Assembly: GCA_000004695.1 (NCBI GenBank)
Contig: CM000153.2
Location: 1,760,001 to 1,824,000, forward strand
DNA: 64,000 nt
Source: Dictyostelium discoideum
Lineage: Eukaryota
Reading direction: 5' to 3'
Part shown: in pieces, positions 20,941 to 32,983 of the stretch
Numbering within the stretch: the stretch's first letter is position 1
Layout: the number at the start of each line of letters is the position of its first letter
The notes under the pieces: model-generated
What the model saw: only the letters and a program-made list of their open reading frames with translations
Database searches by the model: none
What the model was told of the DNA's origin: nothing
Position numbers and translations under genes: made by a program

Positions 20941-21347
20941 GAAAAAAAAAAAGAAAAAAAAAAAAAAAGAAAAAAAGAATATTAAAATGGATTAATTGGT
21001 AAAAAGAAATATTAAAAAGAATTGGAGTAATCAACTTTTCTTTTTTTTTTTTTTTTTTTTTATTCAATTTTACAATGGAAAAAAAAAAAAAAAAAAATAT
21101 CAATTTCCAACCCAAGAATTCAACAATTATATATTTATATATACAATTGTATGAAAATCATTTAAAAATTAGGAAAAAAAAAAAAAAAGAAATATAAAAA
21201 AAGAAAAAAAAAAAAAAGAAAAAAAGAAAATTGTAAATAAAAAAAAAAAAATAAAAATAAAATAAATTATCATTTTTTAAAAAATAAATAAACCACGTTG
21301 TTTTATAAACTTATTATTATTATTATTATTTTAAATTTATTTTGAAT

Positions 21348-22846
21348 TTATTTTGAATAATTTGTCCATTTACCACCTTCTTTTGAATAAAAATCCATTG
21401 GATAAACTGATTGCCAATTGATACCACCTAAACAAACTTCAGCTTCATAAGGATTTAATAAAGGTGTAGTGAAAGCGTAACCCCAGTCAATTGATAAACG
21501 TGGACATGCAATTTGTATCCAAGATTCAATATCAGAGAACATATCTAATTTTGCAGGGAAAATTTCAGAGAGTAAAACTGTGGTATAATGTTTACCATTT
21601 GATTTTAAGAGTTGTTCTAAATGATCCAAAATCTTTGGTGAACCTTGTCTACCTAATGTGCCTAAAATAATACCAAATTTGGTTGCTTTTGATGCAGTTT
21701 CAATTGCATCCCTTCTAATTTTATACATCTCTTGGAAATCATATTTCTCCAATGAGAATACCTTACTGTATGGATCATATCTGTAGGATTTGACATGTGG
21801 ATTTGAAATCATGATGGACTCTAAATGAAATCTACCATCGCCTAAATAAATCACGATTTCATTGTTTTCCTCGTCTCCATCTGGTGAGGTGAATTTAATT
21901 TTTGGGGAAGTGCAACCCAATATTTCACCAGGTGATAGTGGTTTCTCTTGTGGTATGAATATATTTGAAAAGTACTCTGACAAAGGCTCCCTTGATGATT
22001 GAAGCGATGCAGAGAATTGGATAGTTGATACCATGATTAATTTTTGAGTTTGTTTAAAATTGAATTTAAGTGTTTCAATGAAATGTTGAAGATCGAATTG
22101 AATATCAACGAAAACATATAACATTTTAATCTCACTAACGTCGATGGGTATTAAACAAGAGTGACCGTAATGTACCATAAAATCGGCACCCAACGATCTG
22201 GCTGTGTAATCATCGACACAACATGCCCCATAGGTAACATCACCCATTATAATGGTTTCAACCGATGCAAACTTTTCAATGATATCCGATATGATACAAC
22301 TATACATTAATAAACCTTCTGGAAATTGTAATGCCACTCTTTTAGCTGATGCTTGTTTAATTCTCCAAATGGTTTTAAATATTTCAAAATTATAATTACT
22401 TGGTAATATTTTAACTGCTAAATTTAATTCTTTATCATTCATAATCTCATCTGGTATTTGTTGTGCTGCCATTGCTAATCCTCTACCAAATACTTTAACT
22501 TTTTCTATTTTTTTTAAAAATAAAAAAATAATTAATTTATTATTATTTAATTTAAATCGATATACATATACATATAATATTTACTCTCTGTTGTTACTAT
22601 ATCTTTTGTAATAGGTGTTGTTGTTGTTGTTGTTGTTGTTGTTGTCTTTGTTGTTGTTACATTATCAATATTTTCATTTTGTTGTTGTTGTTGTGCTGCT
22701 ATCTTTTTTTTACCAACAAACCTTCTTTTTAAGGTTACTGATGGTGTTGTATTTGTATCTGTAGTTGGTGGTGTTGTATCATTTGTATCTGTATTGGTTA
22801 TAGTATTGATAACTACATTATCTTCAATATTATTACTATCTGACAT
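21348..22846 (-). CDS. dph1: Diphthamide biosynthesis protein 1 (2-(3-amino-3-carboxypropyl)histidine synthase, DPH1), 2 exons: 22846..22585, about 22498..21348
   Basis: The ORF 21348..22472 contains [58 protein letters not shown], typical of DPH1/DPH2. The upstream 99-aa ORF supplies an N-terminus with the RRFVGKK motif. A GTAAAT..AG intron (phase 1) joins it in frame, giving ...[20 protein letters not shown]. The acceptor is ambiguous by 6 nt (22498 or 22492). Confidence 0.85.
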
Positions 22847-23121
22847 TTTTTTTTTATTATTTGTTTATTATGAAATGATATTTCCAAAAATAAATGATGA
22901 TTTTTTTTTTTTTTTTTTTTTTTAATTAAAACGATTATTTCGTTTTTTGGGAAATAAAAAAAAATAAAAATTAAAAAAATAAAAAATAAAAATTAGTTTT
23001 TTTCAATTTTTTTAATTAATTTTTTATTTTTAAACAAAAATTTTTTTTTTTTTTTTTTTTTTTTTAAAATTCAATATACAAATAGATAAAAAAAAAAAAA
23101 GATAATAAATAAAATTTTTTA

Positions 23122-23392
23122 ATGGGTCGAAGTAAATCACATAACAAATTATATATAACTAAAACCGAATGGATTCATGATTTTGGTGGTAAAAAAGATG
23201 GTGAAAAAAAGAATGCATTTAGACCATTACCGTTTTATTGTTGTTCATTATCATTACAACATTTAGATGACCCAATGTCAAATGAAAATGGTAATTTATT
23301 TGATTTAGTGTATGTAAAAATTATATATTTATATAATAGAAATAATAATAATACAAATAAAATAAAAACAATTGTCAAACACTAATAATTAC

Positions 23393-23426
<34 letters not shown>

Positions 23427-23905
23427 TATTTAATGCCATATATAAAAAAACATGGAAAAGATCCTATTACAAATAAACCATCTACAATGAAAGATTATTT
23501 TCCAATCACGTTTTCTAAAAATGAAAATGGTAAATATAAACATAATAAATATAAATACAATTTAATGAAGAAAATAATTTTATTAATTTTTTAATTTTTT
23601 CTATTTATTTTATATTAAAAATAGATGAATATCATTGTCCAATTTTAAATAAAGTATTTACAGATTTCACTCATATAGTTTGTATTAAAACAACAGGAAA
23701 TGTTTATAGTTATGAAGCAGTTAATAAATTAAATATTGAAGCTAAAAATTGGATTGATTTATTAAGTGATAAACCATTTACAAAGAATGATATAATTACA
23801 ATTCAAGATCCTGAAAACAGAGCAAATAAAAATAATATTAGTAATTTTCATTTTGTTAAAGAAGGTATAGATTTTTCAAAAACATATGATCAAAATTCAA
23901 TCTCA

Positions 23906-23995
<90 letters not shown>

Positions 23996-25177
23996 TATAA
24001 TATAAAAAATGAAGATAATGAAAATGTTAATACAAATGAAGCAACATCGAGAATATTTAAAGAGATGAAAGAAAAAGGTATATTATTATCAGATAAAGAG
24101 AAAGAGAAAGCATTAAAAGTGAAATTAGAGAAACAAGAGGAAGAACAAGAAAAGAAATTAATGACAGAGGAAGAGAAAAAAAAGATAATGTTTGAAAAGT
24201 TTAAAAAAGAGAAACAAGAGAAAGAGGATGCAATAAAGAAACATGCTGTACAAGCACCCTCTTTTACGAGTACAGGTTTTACAAAGAAACAATTTGAAGA
24301 GGAACATCCATCATTAACAGCGGGAAAGAAAACCAAGAAGAAGGGTTACCTTCAATTGAAAACCAATCTTGGTGATTTAAACATTCAGTTACATTGTGAT
24401 TTAGCACCAAAGGCATGTGAAAACTTTTTATCATTAAGTGAAAATGGTTATTATAATGGTGTAACATTTCATAGGTTAATAAAGAATTTTATGATCCAAG
24501 GTGGTGATCCATCTGGTACAGGTTCTGGTGGTCAATCAGTTTGGGGAAAACCATTCAAAGATGAGTTCTCACCTCTATTGAAATACAATGAACGTGGTTT
24601 ACTTTGTATGGCAAATTCTGGTACAAATACAAATGGTTCACAATTTTTCATCACCCTCAGATCGGATTTACCACATTTGGAAAGAAAACATACAATATTT
24701 GGTAAAGTGGTTGGTGGTTTAGAGGTTTTGAAAACTATGGAAATGGTTAAAACCAATGAATCTGATGATCGTCCAAATCATACTATCAAAATAAATGCTA
24801 TCAATATCTTTGAAAATCCTTTCAATTCTTTGGATGAAGAACAATTTGAAGATAAATTAAAACAAGAGAAAAAAGAAAGAGAAAAGAAACAATTACCTCA
24901 ACAAATTGATAAAGATATTGAAGGTAATCAAATCTCCTCTTGGTATAGTAATCCAACACCACAACAAAAAGTTTTAAATCCTTCAAAAGATGTTGGTAAA
25001 TATTTACCAACATCCAATACCAATACTACTACCACTGCCACAACTTCATTAGGTAAAAGATTAAATAATTTACCACCTCCAAAAAATAATTCTTTAAAAG
25101 AATCTTTAATTCAAGAACAATTACAAAAAAAATCAAAAACAACTGGTGGTTCATTTGGTAATTTCTCAAATTGGTGA
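23122..25177 (+). CDS. ppil2: Peptidyl-prolyl cis-trans isomerase-like 2 (PPIL2/Cyp60; U-box + cyclophilin), 3 exons: 23122..23309, 23426..23529, 23625..25177
   Basis: Exon 1 (MGRSKSHNKLYITKTEWIHDFGGKK...FRPLPFYCCSLSLQHLDDPMSNENGNLFDLV) matches the PPIL2 N-terminal U-box start. The splice gives DLV-YLMPYIKKHGKDPITNKPSTMKDYFPITFSKNEN-DEYHCPILNKVFTDFTHIVCIKTTGNVYSYEAVNKLNIEAKNWIDLLSDKPFTKNDIITIQDP, colinear with human PPIL2. The C-terminal half is a cyclophilin domain (HRLIKNFMIQGGDPSGTGSGGQSVWGKPFKDEF...LLCMANSGTNTNGSQFFITL). The linker carries an (AAT)n tract encoding about 30 Asn. Confidence 0.85.
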
Positions 25178-25352
25178 GAAAATTTAATAATTTAATTTAA
25201 TTTACTTTTTTTTTTTTTTTTTTTTTAAACAATATTTACAAATAAAAATTGAGGCCAACAAAAAAAAAAAAAAAATTGACCATTTTTTGAAATTTCATTT
25301 TTCATTTTTTTTTATTTTTTTTATTGTGATTTTTTAAAAAAAGGAACTGATC

Positions 25353-27081
25353 ATGACAGAAACAACAACATCATTGAGAGAGATTGGAAATAAATTCTTT
25401 AAAGAAAAAAGATTAAATTTAGCAATTGAAAATTATAATAAAGCAATAGAATTTGACCCATCAGATTATCAATCATATACAAATAGATCATTAGCATATT
25501 TTCAAAAAAAAGAATATGAAAATTCTTTAGAAGACTCTAAAGAAGCAATTAAAATTAACCCACAATGGGATAAAGCTCATTATAGATATTCAATGGCATT
25601 AAAACAATTTAATAGATTAGATGAATCATTAAGATCTTTATATATAATTTATAATAGATTTTATAATTCAACCAACAACAACAATACCACCACTTCTTCA
25701 AATTCAAATAACATTGATATAAATTTAATTACAAAAGAAATTGATAATATTCAAAAACTTTTAATATCCAACAGATATTCAAAAGATATTATTTCCCAAT
25801 CTGAAACATTTTCAAATTCTATCAACGCCAATGTTAAAGTTGATTATATTAATGCAAACCTTGGAAAAAGTGTTTTCTTAATAAAAGATATAACAAATTA
25901 TAATCAACCATTAATATCTGAAAATCCTTTAGTTTCAAATTTATCTTCACTTTATTTTGATGTAAGTAAACTTTTTTTATTATTATTATTATTTTAGTGA
26001 TAATTATACTAAAATTTGTTTTTTTTTTAAAATTAAAAAAGGAAAATTATAAAAGTTGTTTTCATTGTTTAAAATCTATATTTGTAAATGAATCATGTTA
26101 TGGTGAGAAAATGAAAAAACAAAAAGAATTATTTATTGAAAAACCATCATTTACCTGTGATAAGAATTGTAAATTTGAAGTATATTGTTCAGAAAATTGT
26201 AAAAATGAAGCATGGAAACAGTATCATAATTTACTCTGTCCAAACTATGATCTCATTTTGAAACTATATGGATTTTGTCGTATTAAAAATCAAATATTCC
26301 CACTTGTAATTATGAAAATGTTGGCAATTGTTTTAAATGATTTAAAAAATAATAAAAAATCATTAGAAGATTCATTATCACCATTTACATCTTTTCAATA
26401 TGATTTGTCTGATTCAATATTATCAGATGATCAATTAATTGCATATGCTTTTATAATTGATATTTTTAAATCAATTTTAAAAGAAAAAAATGATGAAATT
26501 ATTTTTAATCAATGTAATGTATACATTTTTTTTTAAAACTATTATTTATTTGTTTATTCTATTCAATTCCATTCTATTCTATTCTTTAAATATATTAATT
26601 TGTTTGATTATTTATTTTAGTAATTAATAAAGAAAGATATTACCAATTTAATTCGATTTTAAAATTAAATTCATCAGATGTACAACCATTATCAATTTTA
26701 GAAGAATTAATTGATAATAAAGTTTCAAAAGCAGGAATTAAAGAAACTAATATAAAGATTGGTGATGAGGTGATTGAAATCGATTCCATTGGTGAATTTT
26801 TAGAAAAAAATAAATTACCAACCATTTCAATTAAAGGAGTAGGATTATATAGAGTTATCAATTCAATTAATCACTCTTGCGAACCAAATGTTTTTTGTTC
26901 ATTTAGTAAAAATGATCATTCAATGACAATTTATCCAACACCAAAAATGCAATTGAAAAAAGGTCAAGAAATAAATATTAGTTATATTAATGAAGATTTA
27001 CCATTTAGTCAAAGACAAAAATTATTAAAAGAAAATTATTCATTTAATTGTAATTGTAAAAAATGTAAAAATAAAGAATAG
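25353..27081 (+). CDS. SET and MYND domain lysine methyltransferase (SMYD-like) with N-terminal TPR repeats, 3 exons: 25353..25961, 26042..26513, 26621..27081
   Basis: Exon 1 has TPR-like repeats (AIENYNKAIEFDPSDYQSYTNRSLAYFQKKEYENSLEDSKEAIKINPQWDKAHYRYSMAL) followed by an N-SET-like segment. Exon 2 has a MYND-type finger (CFHCLKS...FTCDKNCKFEVYCSENCKNEAWKQYHNLLC). Exon 3 has the SET C-terminus and post-SET (GVGLYRVINSINHSCEPNVFCSF ... FNCNCKKCKNKE). The splice phases are 0, then 1 joined to 2 nt. Confidence 0.7.
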
Positions 27082-27149
27082 AAAAAAATATTTTAAAACA
27101 AAAATAAATTATTATTTATTATTATTATTTATTATTATTTTTAGATTGT

Positions 27150-29475
27150 TTAATCTAAATTACGATTTGAAGATAAAATTAATCTTTGAATATTTTTACT
27201 GAAATCATGATCGTTAACCAAGGTTTCTAAATTGATATGCATACGATATCTCCAATAATGCATTGGATTTGAAGGTTCATTAATCTTTTCTTCTTTTGGA
27301 TCTCTGCTACCATATTCACTAGAGATACCGAACCAATCTTGAATTGGAAAGATTGAAATCATAGATTGAGAATGTAAATGTTGAGTGATAACGGCCTCAC
27401 TAACATAAGGTTCACAAAAGTAAGGAGCATCACCAAACATTCCCAAGATTTTATTGTAGAAAACTTGAGAACGAGCTCTATCTTCTTCCCACCAACCTCT
27501 CAAGGTACTCATATCATGAGATGAGGTAGTATTTACAGTGAGATAGGAATATTCATTTGGATGATAGAAATCTTTATTTGAATCGGAAGGCATACGTTGA
27601 ATTCTTAAACCAAGGATACCTAAATCGTTGAGTACAGGCTCAACACATTTTGGAACCATACCTAAATCTTCACCACAAACCAACATCTTTGTGCAACCTT
27701 TAATCAAAGGTAAACGTTGAAGAGCAATTTGTGCCCAAAGTTCCTCTTGTCTTTCATAGTAGTAAGAGATGTATAAACGATGGAGAATGGTCTTGATATC
27801 ATCAGAGAGTTCATTGAAATTGCTAGTTTTGGTGATTTCAATTCTTGGATAGAAACGATTTTCATCCTCTGCATCGGCCAAGAGACTTACATTTTGAACC
27901 AATTTAAAGAGACCAGATTTATACATTGCATCCTCTTCATTGAGATTCTTTTCAATGAGACGCTCAGTGGCAAACTCTGGTTTCATATTGAAACAATTGC
28001 TTGAATATTCAACGAGGAATTTAGTTGCGACAGAATCGGCGTATTCACCAAATAACTCTCTAAGAGTATGATAACGAATGTATGGTTGAGTTAAACGATC
28101 GATATCCCAAAGACCATTGTTTTGAAGTTCACTTCTCCACAATGGTAATGATGGATTGAATTTACCCAATAAACCAGTGACACAAGTGGTTGGAATCTCC
28201 CAAATTCTAAAGAAACCCAAGATATGATCGATTCTAAATGCATGGAAATATTTTGACATTTGACCCAAACGTGAACGCCACCAAGCATAGCCATCCTTTT
28301 TCATGACTTCCCAATTGTAAGTTGGGAAACCCCAATTTTGACCATCATCAGCGAAAGCATCAGGTGGTGCACCAGTTGACATATTCATACGGAATAAATG
28401 TGGTGATACCCAAGCATCAACTGATACTCTATTGACACCAATTGGTAAATCACCTTTTAAACCGATTCTTTTAGCTGATGCATATTTTGAAGCGGCTAGC
28501 AATTGATTGTGAAGATGGAATTGAACGAAATAATAATAACGCATATCATCATAGTATTTTGAGTTTGGTTTGGATTCCTTTTCAATGTCTTCAGGAGTGA
28601 TACTACTATAGACTGGCCATTGATCGAAATCTCCACTCTTATAGGTGTCACGTAAGACACTATACAAAGCGTAAGCTTTAATCCAATCTTCACTATCCTT
28701 TACAAATTGTAAAAACTCTTTGTTTCCATCCAATGATGCCTTTTCTTTTGAATAGATTTCACGTAATAATTTTGATTTCAAATTCATAACGGCTTCATAG
28801 TCTACAGTTGTTAATTTATTTAATTTTTCACGATGTTCATTTACTTGAGCCAATATCTTTGGATCCTTGGTTATTGAATCAATGTGAATATAAATTGGAT
28901 GAAGTGCATAAACCGATACAGAACTATATGGATAACTATCTCTCCATGTATAATAGACGGTGGTATCATTGATTGGCAATATTTGAATCATATGAAGTCC
29001 TGATTGATGTGACCAATCCACCAATTGATGTAAATCGTTGAATTCACCAATACCTAAACCTTGTTTACTTCTTAATGAGAAGATTGGTACTGCAACACCT
29101 GCGCTTCTTAATAATTGACTATCCTTAAATTCACCATCGTTAAAGAAGAAATCACGATCCTCATTGGTGGTACTTGAATATTCACTTGCATGAGTGGCAC
29201 TTGCTGTGAACCATCTATCATTACCATATTCCCAATGAACAACTGATTTAATCTTATCGGCAATAATATATTTATAAGAGAATGGTAATTGATCTTTTGA
29301 AAACTCTAAATCAACTTTCCAAATTGGATAACTTTCATCACTTAATTTAACTGCTCTATCTGTTCTCCAATTACCTAATTGTGTATTACTACCAACAATA
29401 TAAATTGAATGATTTGGTGGTACATATGTTGATTTAACTTGGAAATGAATTATAACTTTATCTTTAAAAATTTAA

Positions 29476-29529
<54 letters not shown>

Positions 29530-29744
29530 AATGTTAATATTAATAATTAATTATTTTTTTTAATCAAATTAATTACTACATACCAGCTTGAGTTTGTTTA
29601 ATTAAAGAATATTGAGTTGGATTTTCTCTTCCAAAGAGTACTTCTCTAAAGAATGAAGAATTCAAATAAGTATTTTCAGCTGATGTTGGACTCTATTATT
29701 TTATTATTTAAAGTGAAATTGATTAGTAATAGAGTTTTAATTTA

Positions 29745-29779
<35 letters not shown>

Positions 29780-30086
29780 TTACTTGATAAGTATCTCTAA
29801 ATTCATGAATATAATTTGAATTTAAATCATTTAAATTAAAGGTACGGTTTGAACCACTCTCCCAAATCTTTTCACCATTAGTATCCATAACAAAGTATTT
29901 ATAATCTACTTTATTGTTTGATGCTGGAAATTGAATTAAAGTTTCCCAATCTCCATTATCGCAGTAGGTTAATTTGGTGGCTTTTGATTCATCCCAATTT
30001 CCTAATGGTTCAGTTGATCCTGATACATATAACTCTTGTCCTAATCTTGTGAAATAGTTAACTTTGAATCTAATAAAGTTTGCCAT
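27150..30086 (-). CDS. 4-alpha-glucanotransferase, GH77, DPE2-type (disproportionating enzyme 2-like) with two N-terminal CBM20 starch-binding domains, 3 exons: 30086..29784, 29692..29584, 29461..27150
   Basis: Exon 1 is a CBM20 (RFKVNYFTRLGQELYVSGSTEPLGNWDESKATKLTYCDNGDWETLIQFPASNNKVDYKYFV). Exon 3 begins with a second CBM20 (IHFQVKSTYVPPNHSIYIVGSNTQLGNWRTDRAVKLSDESYPIWKVDLEF...YKYII). It then runs into the GH77 catalytic region (DWSHQSGLHMIQILPINDT ... YAWWRSRLGQMSKYFHAFRIDHILGFFRIWEIP ... MLVCGEDLGMVP). Donors are GTAAGT and GTATGT, and the phases check. Confidence 0.8.
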
Positions 30087-30300
30087 TTTTTTTTTTTTTT
30101 TTTTGTTTCTTTTTCTCTTTTTTTTTTTATTATACCAAATCTTTGCTTTTTTGCTTTTTGCTTTTTTTTTTTAAAAAAATTAAAAAATTATGAAATTATG
30201 AAATAATTAATTAAAAAATAAAAAATAAACAATAAACAATTAAAAAGCAATTAAAAAATTATTATAATAAATAAAATTAAAAAAAGCAAAAAAAAAAAAA

Positions 30301-30347
30301 AATTGTGAAAAAATGCTGATGTTACAAAAAAATTGTGAAAAAATGCT
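30301..30347. promoter_or_regulatory. Two exact copies of a 17-mer (AATTGTGAAAAAATGCT) spaced 30 bp apart, 215-260 bp upstream of the DPE2-like gene start (minus strand)
   Basis: Exact direct repeat at 30301-30317 and 30331-30347, each preceded by an A-run. A candidate paired transcription-factor site. Confidence 0.3.
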
Positions 30348-30780
30348 TTTTTTTTTTATTATTTTTTTGACCAGTCGGATAAAAAATAAAAACACTTCAA
30401 CACTCGGAATTAAAATCAAAAAACGTGACCAATTAAATTTTTTTTTTTTTTCCACAAACTAATCAAATAAAAATTTTATTTTTTTTTTTTTTTGTATTTT
30501 TTTTTTTAAAATACCTTTTGATAGAAATATTCAAATTTGAGTCATACTTAAAAAAAAGAATTTGGTATGAATAGAACACCCAAAAAACAAAATGATATTA
30601 TCAATAAAATTTTTTTTTTTTTTTTTTTATAAAATTAAAATTATTTTTAGTATTTTCTAATATAGAAAATATCCATATGAGGAAATATTCTAAAAATAAC
30701 TTAAAAAAATATCGATATTAAATAAATATTAATAAGATTTTAAATATTAATATTTTTATCAACACCAGAAATTTTAAAAG

Positions 30781-30817
<37 letters not shown>

Positions 30818-31018
30818 AAATCGGAATGGATTTCGATGAAAATTACCACGTAGTTTTTTTTTTTTTTTTTTCTTTTAAAATTTCTGAAATAAAAAATAAT
30901 AAAAAAATTAAAAATATATTTTATATTAATAATAACAAAAAAAAAAAAAACAAATCAAATTCATAACTAAAAAAAAAACAATAATTTATATATAATTAAA
31001 AAAAAAAATTTATATATA

Positions 31019-31714
31019 ATGTCCCAAAATATTGACCCATTTAATTTAATGGAAAAGTCAGTCAGTGAATCGATTATAAATATTAATAAAATTTATAATA
31101 AATGGTATTCATTATTAAATGAAACTAATACATTTTCAAACAAAAAATTTAAATTTTATACTAAAGAAATCAATAGAATGATAAATGATATAGAAATTGA
31201 TTTAAATGATATTTCAAATTCAATGAAAATTATTGAAAATAATAATAATAAAAATGAAAAATTTAAAAATATACCAAAACAAGAAATTCAAAGAAGGAAT
31301 GAATTTTTAAAGGAATCAAAAAATGAAATTAATAATATTAAAATAAAATTATCAAATGAAGAAGTAATTAAAAAAATAAATAGTGATAAATTAAAAAATC
31401 AAGAATTTAATAATTATAATAAAAGTAATAATTATACCAATTATATAAAACATCAAAATGAAATTAAAGATACAGAATTTTTAAATGAGCAAATTGAATA
31501 TAAAAAATCATTAATGGATAAACAAGATAAAGAATTAGATTATTTATTAGGTGATGTTAAAACAATTCACGAAATTAGCCTTGAAATTCAAAAAGAATTG
31601 GAAATTCAAAATAAAATATTAGGAAATCTAAATGATAGAGCAGATCAATCCCTTTTTTCAATTAATAGCGTTATGAGACAATTAGATAGATTCAAAGAAA
31701 GTTGGTTTAAATAA
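31019..31714 (+). CDS. Syntaxin-6/10-like Qc-SNARE (t-SNARE) lacking an annotated TM in this ORF
   Basis: The N-terminal region is similar to the syntaxin-6 N-domain. The C-terminal SNARE motif (LGDVKTIHEISLEIQKELEIQNKILGNLNDRADQSLFSINSVMRQLDRF) has a central Q. The ORF ends WFK-TAA directly after the SNARE motif. Confidence 0.6.
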   Translation: MSQNIDPFNLMEKSVSESIININKIYNKWYSLLNETNTFSNKKFKFYTKEINRMINDIEIDLNDISNSMKIIENNNNKNEKFKNIPKQEIQRRNEFLKESKNEINNIKIKLSNEEVIKKINSDKLKNQEFNNYNKSNNYTNYIKHQNEIKDTEFLNEQIEYKKSLMDKQDKELDYLLGDVKTIHEISLEIQKELEIQNKILGNLNDRADQSLFSINSVMRQLDRFKESWFK

Positions 31715-32426
31715 ATTAATTTTTTGTTTATTTTTGTAATATTACTATTTATTTTTTTTAAAAAAAATTATCAAAAATAAATTATTTATTTTCTAAAAAA
31801 GATGAAATTTTTAATAATATTATATATTATATTATATTACTCAATCAAACTTTAGAATTATCAAATTATAATAACAAAACAAAATAAATAGTATACATAC
31901 ATTAAAGTTAATAATTTAATTTTATAGAATCAATTAATCATTAGATAATTTACCAATAATATTTCTAATTGGAGCAATAAAAAATATTACTTTAAAATAT
32001 TAAAAAATAATTTTTTTATTTTTTTTTTTTATTTTTTTTTTTTTCTAAACATATTAATTTATACAAATATTACAATTAATAATTTTTTAAAAATAATAGT
32101 AAACACACTCATTGTATTTTTTTTTTTTTTTTATTTTATTTTTTTTTTTTTTTTTATTTTATTTAGAAAAAAAAAAAAAAAAAATTTCCTAATTTAAAAG
32201 GTTATTTCACAAAAACCACATATACAAATTATAGCAAACATGTAATTAAGATAATCTATATCAAAAAAAAGGTATTGGGTAAATCATTTTTATTTATTAT
32301 TCCCAAAAAAAAAAAAAAAACCTTTTAAAAAAAAAAAAACTTTTAAAAAAAAAAAGAAAAAAAAGTATTGGTTTATATAAAAAAAAAAATAAAAAAGATA
32401 ATTTTTATTTTTAAATATATCAAAAA

Positions 32427-32983
32427 ATGAGAGTATTAAATTTATTATTACCAATATTATTAATAATAGGAATTGTATCCTGCTCAAGTAATGTTTATTA
32501 TTGTAATTCCAATGACCCAAATAATTGTAAATATAATATTATATATTTTTTTTATTTTTTTTTTTTTCAATAAATGTAAAATTTAAATTTATAAGAAATG
32601 AATATTTATATATTTTTTTTTTCATTATTTTAAAAATAATTATAATAATATTAAATTTAGATTGCAAAGATGTTATTATTACACAAAAGGAAATTGGGAA
32701 TTGGAACCAAGGAAATAGAGGTGGTGCAGAATATACTCAATGGGAAGTAACATTAGAAAATAAATTAGATTTTAGTTTAACACAATTTTACATTTTAAGA
32801 GATTATACACTAAAAATTAGAGATAGAAAATCAATTTGGAATGTACAAGAAATTGAAAGTACCAATAATTTAATTTTACCAACTTATCAAAATTCAATTG
32901 GTTCAAAAAGTAATTGGATTTTTGGTTTCATTTTACAAGATTCTGAACCTGCTAATTTAACATTAGAAGCAATATCATTTTGA
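32427..32983 (+). CDS. Small secreted protein with Dictyostelium-type cellulose-binding (CBM49-like) domain, 2 exons: 32427..32526, 32661..32983
   Basis: Signal peptide MRVLNLLLPILLIIGIVSC. A GTAAAT..AG intron (phase 1) precedes exon 2, which reads DVIITQKEIGNWNQGNRGGAEYTQWEVTLENKLDFSLTQFYIL...SIWNVQEIESTNNLILPTYQNSIGSKSNWIFGFILQDSEP. This pattern is typical of the CBD/CBM49-like domains of Dictyostelium spore-coat and cellulose-binding proteins. It is not in the supplied ORF track because of the intron. Confidence 0.5.
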
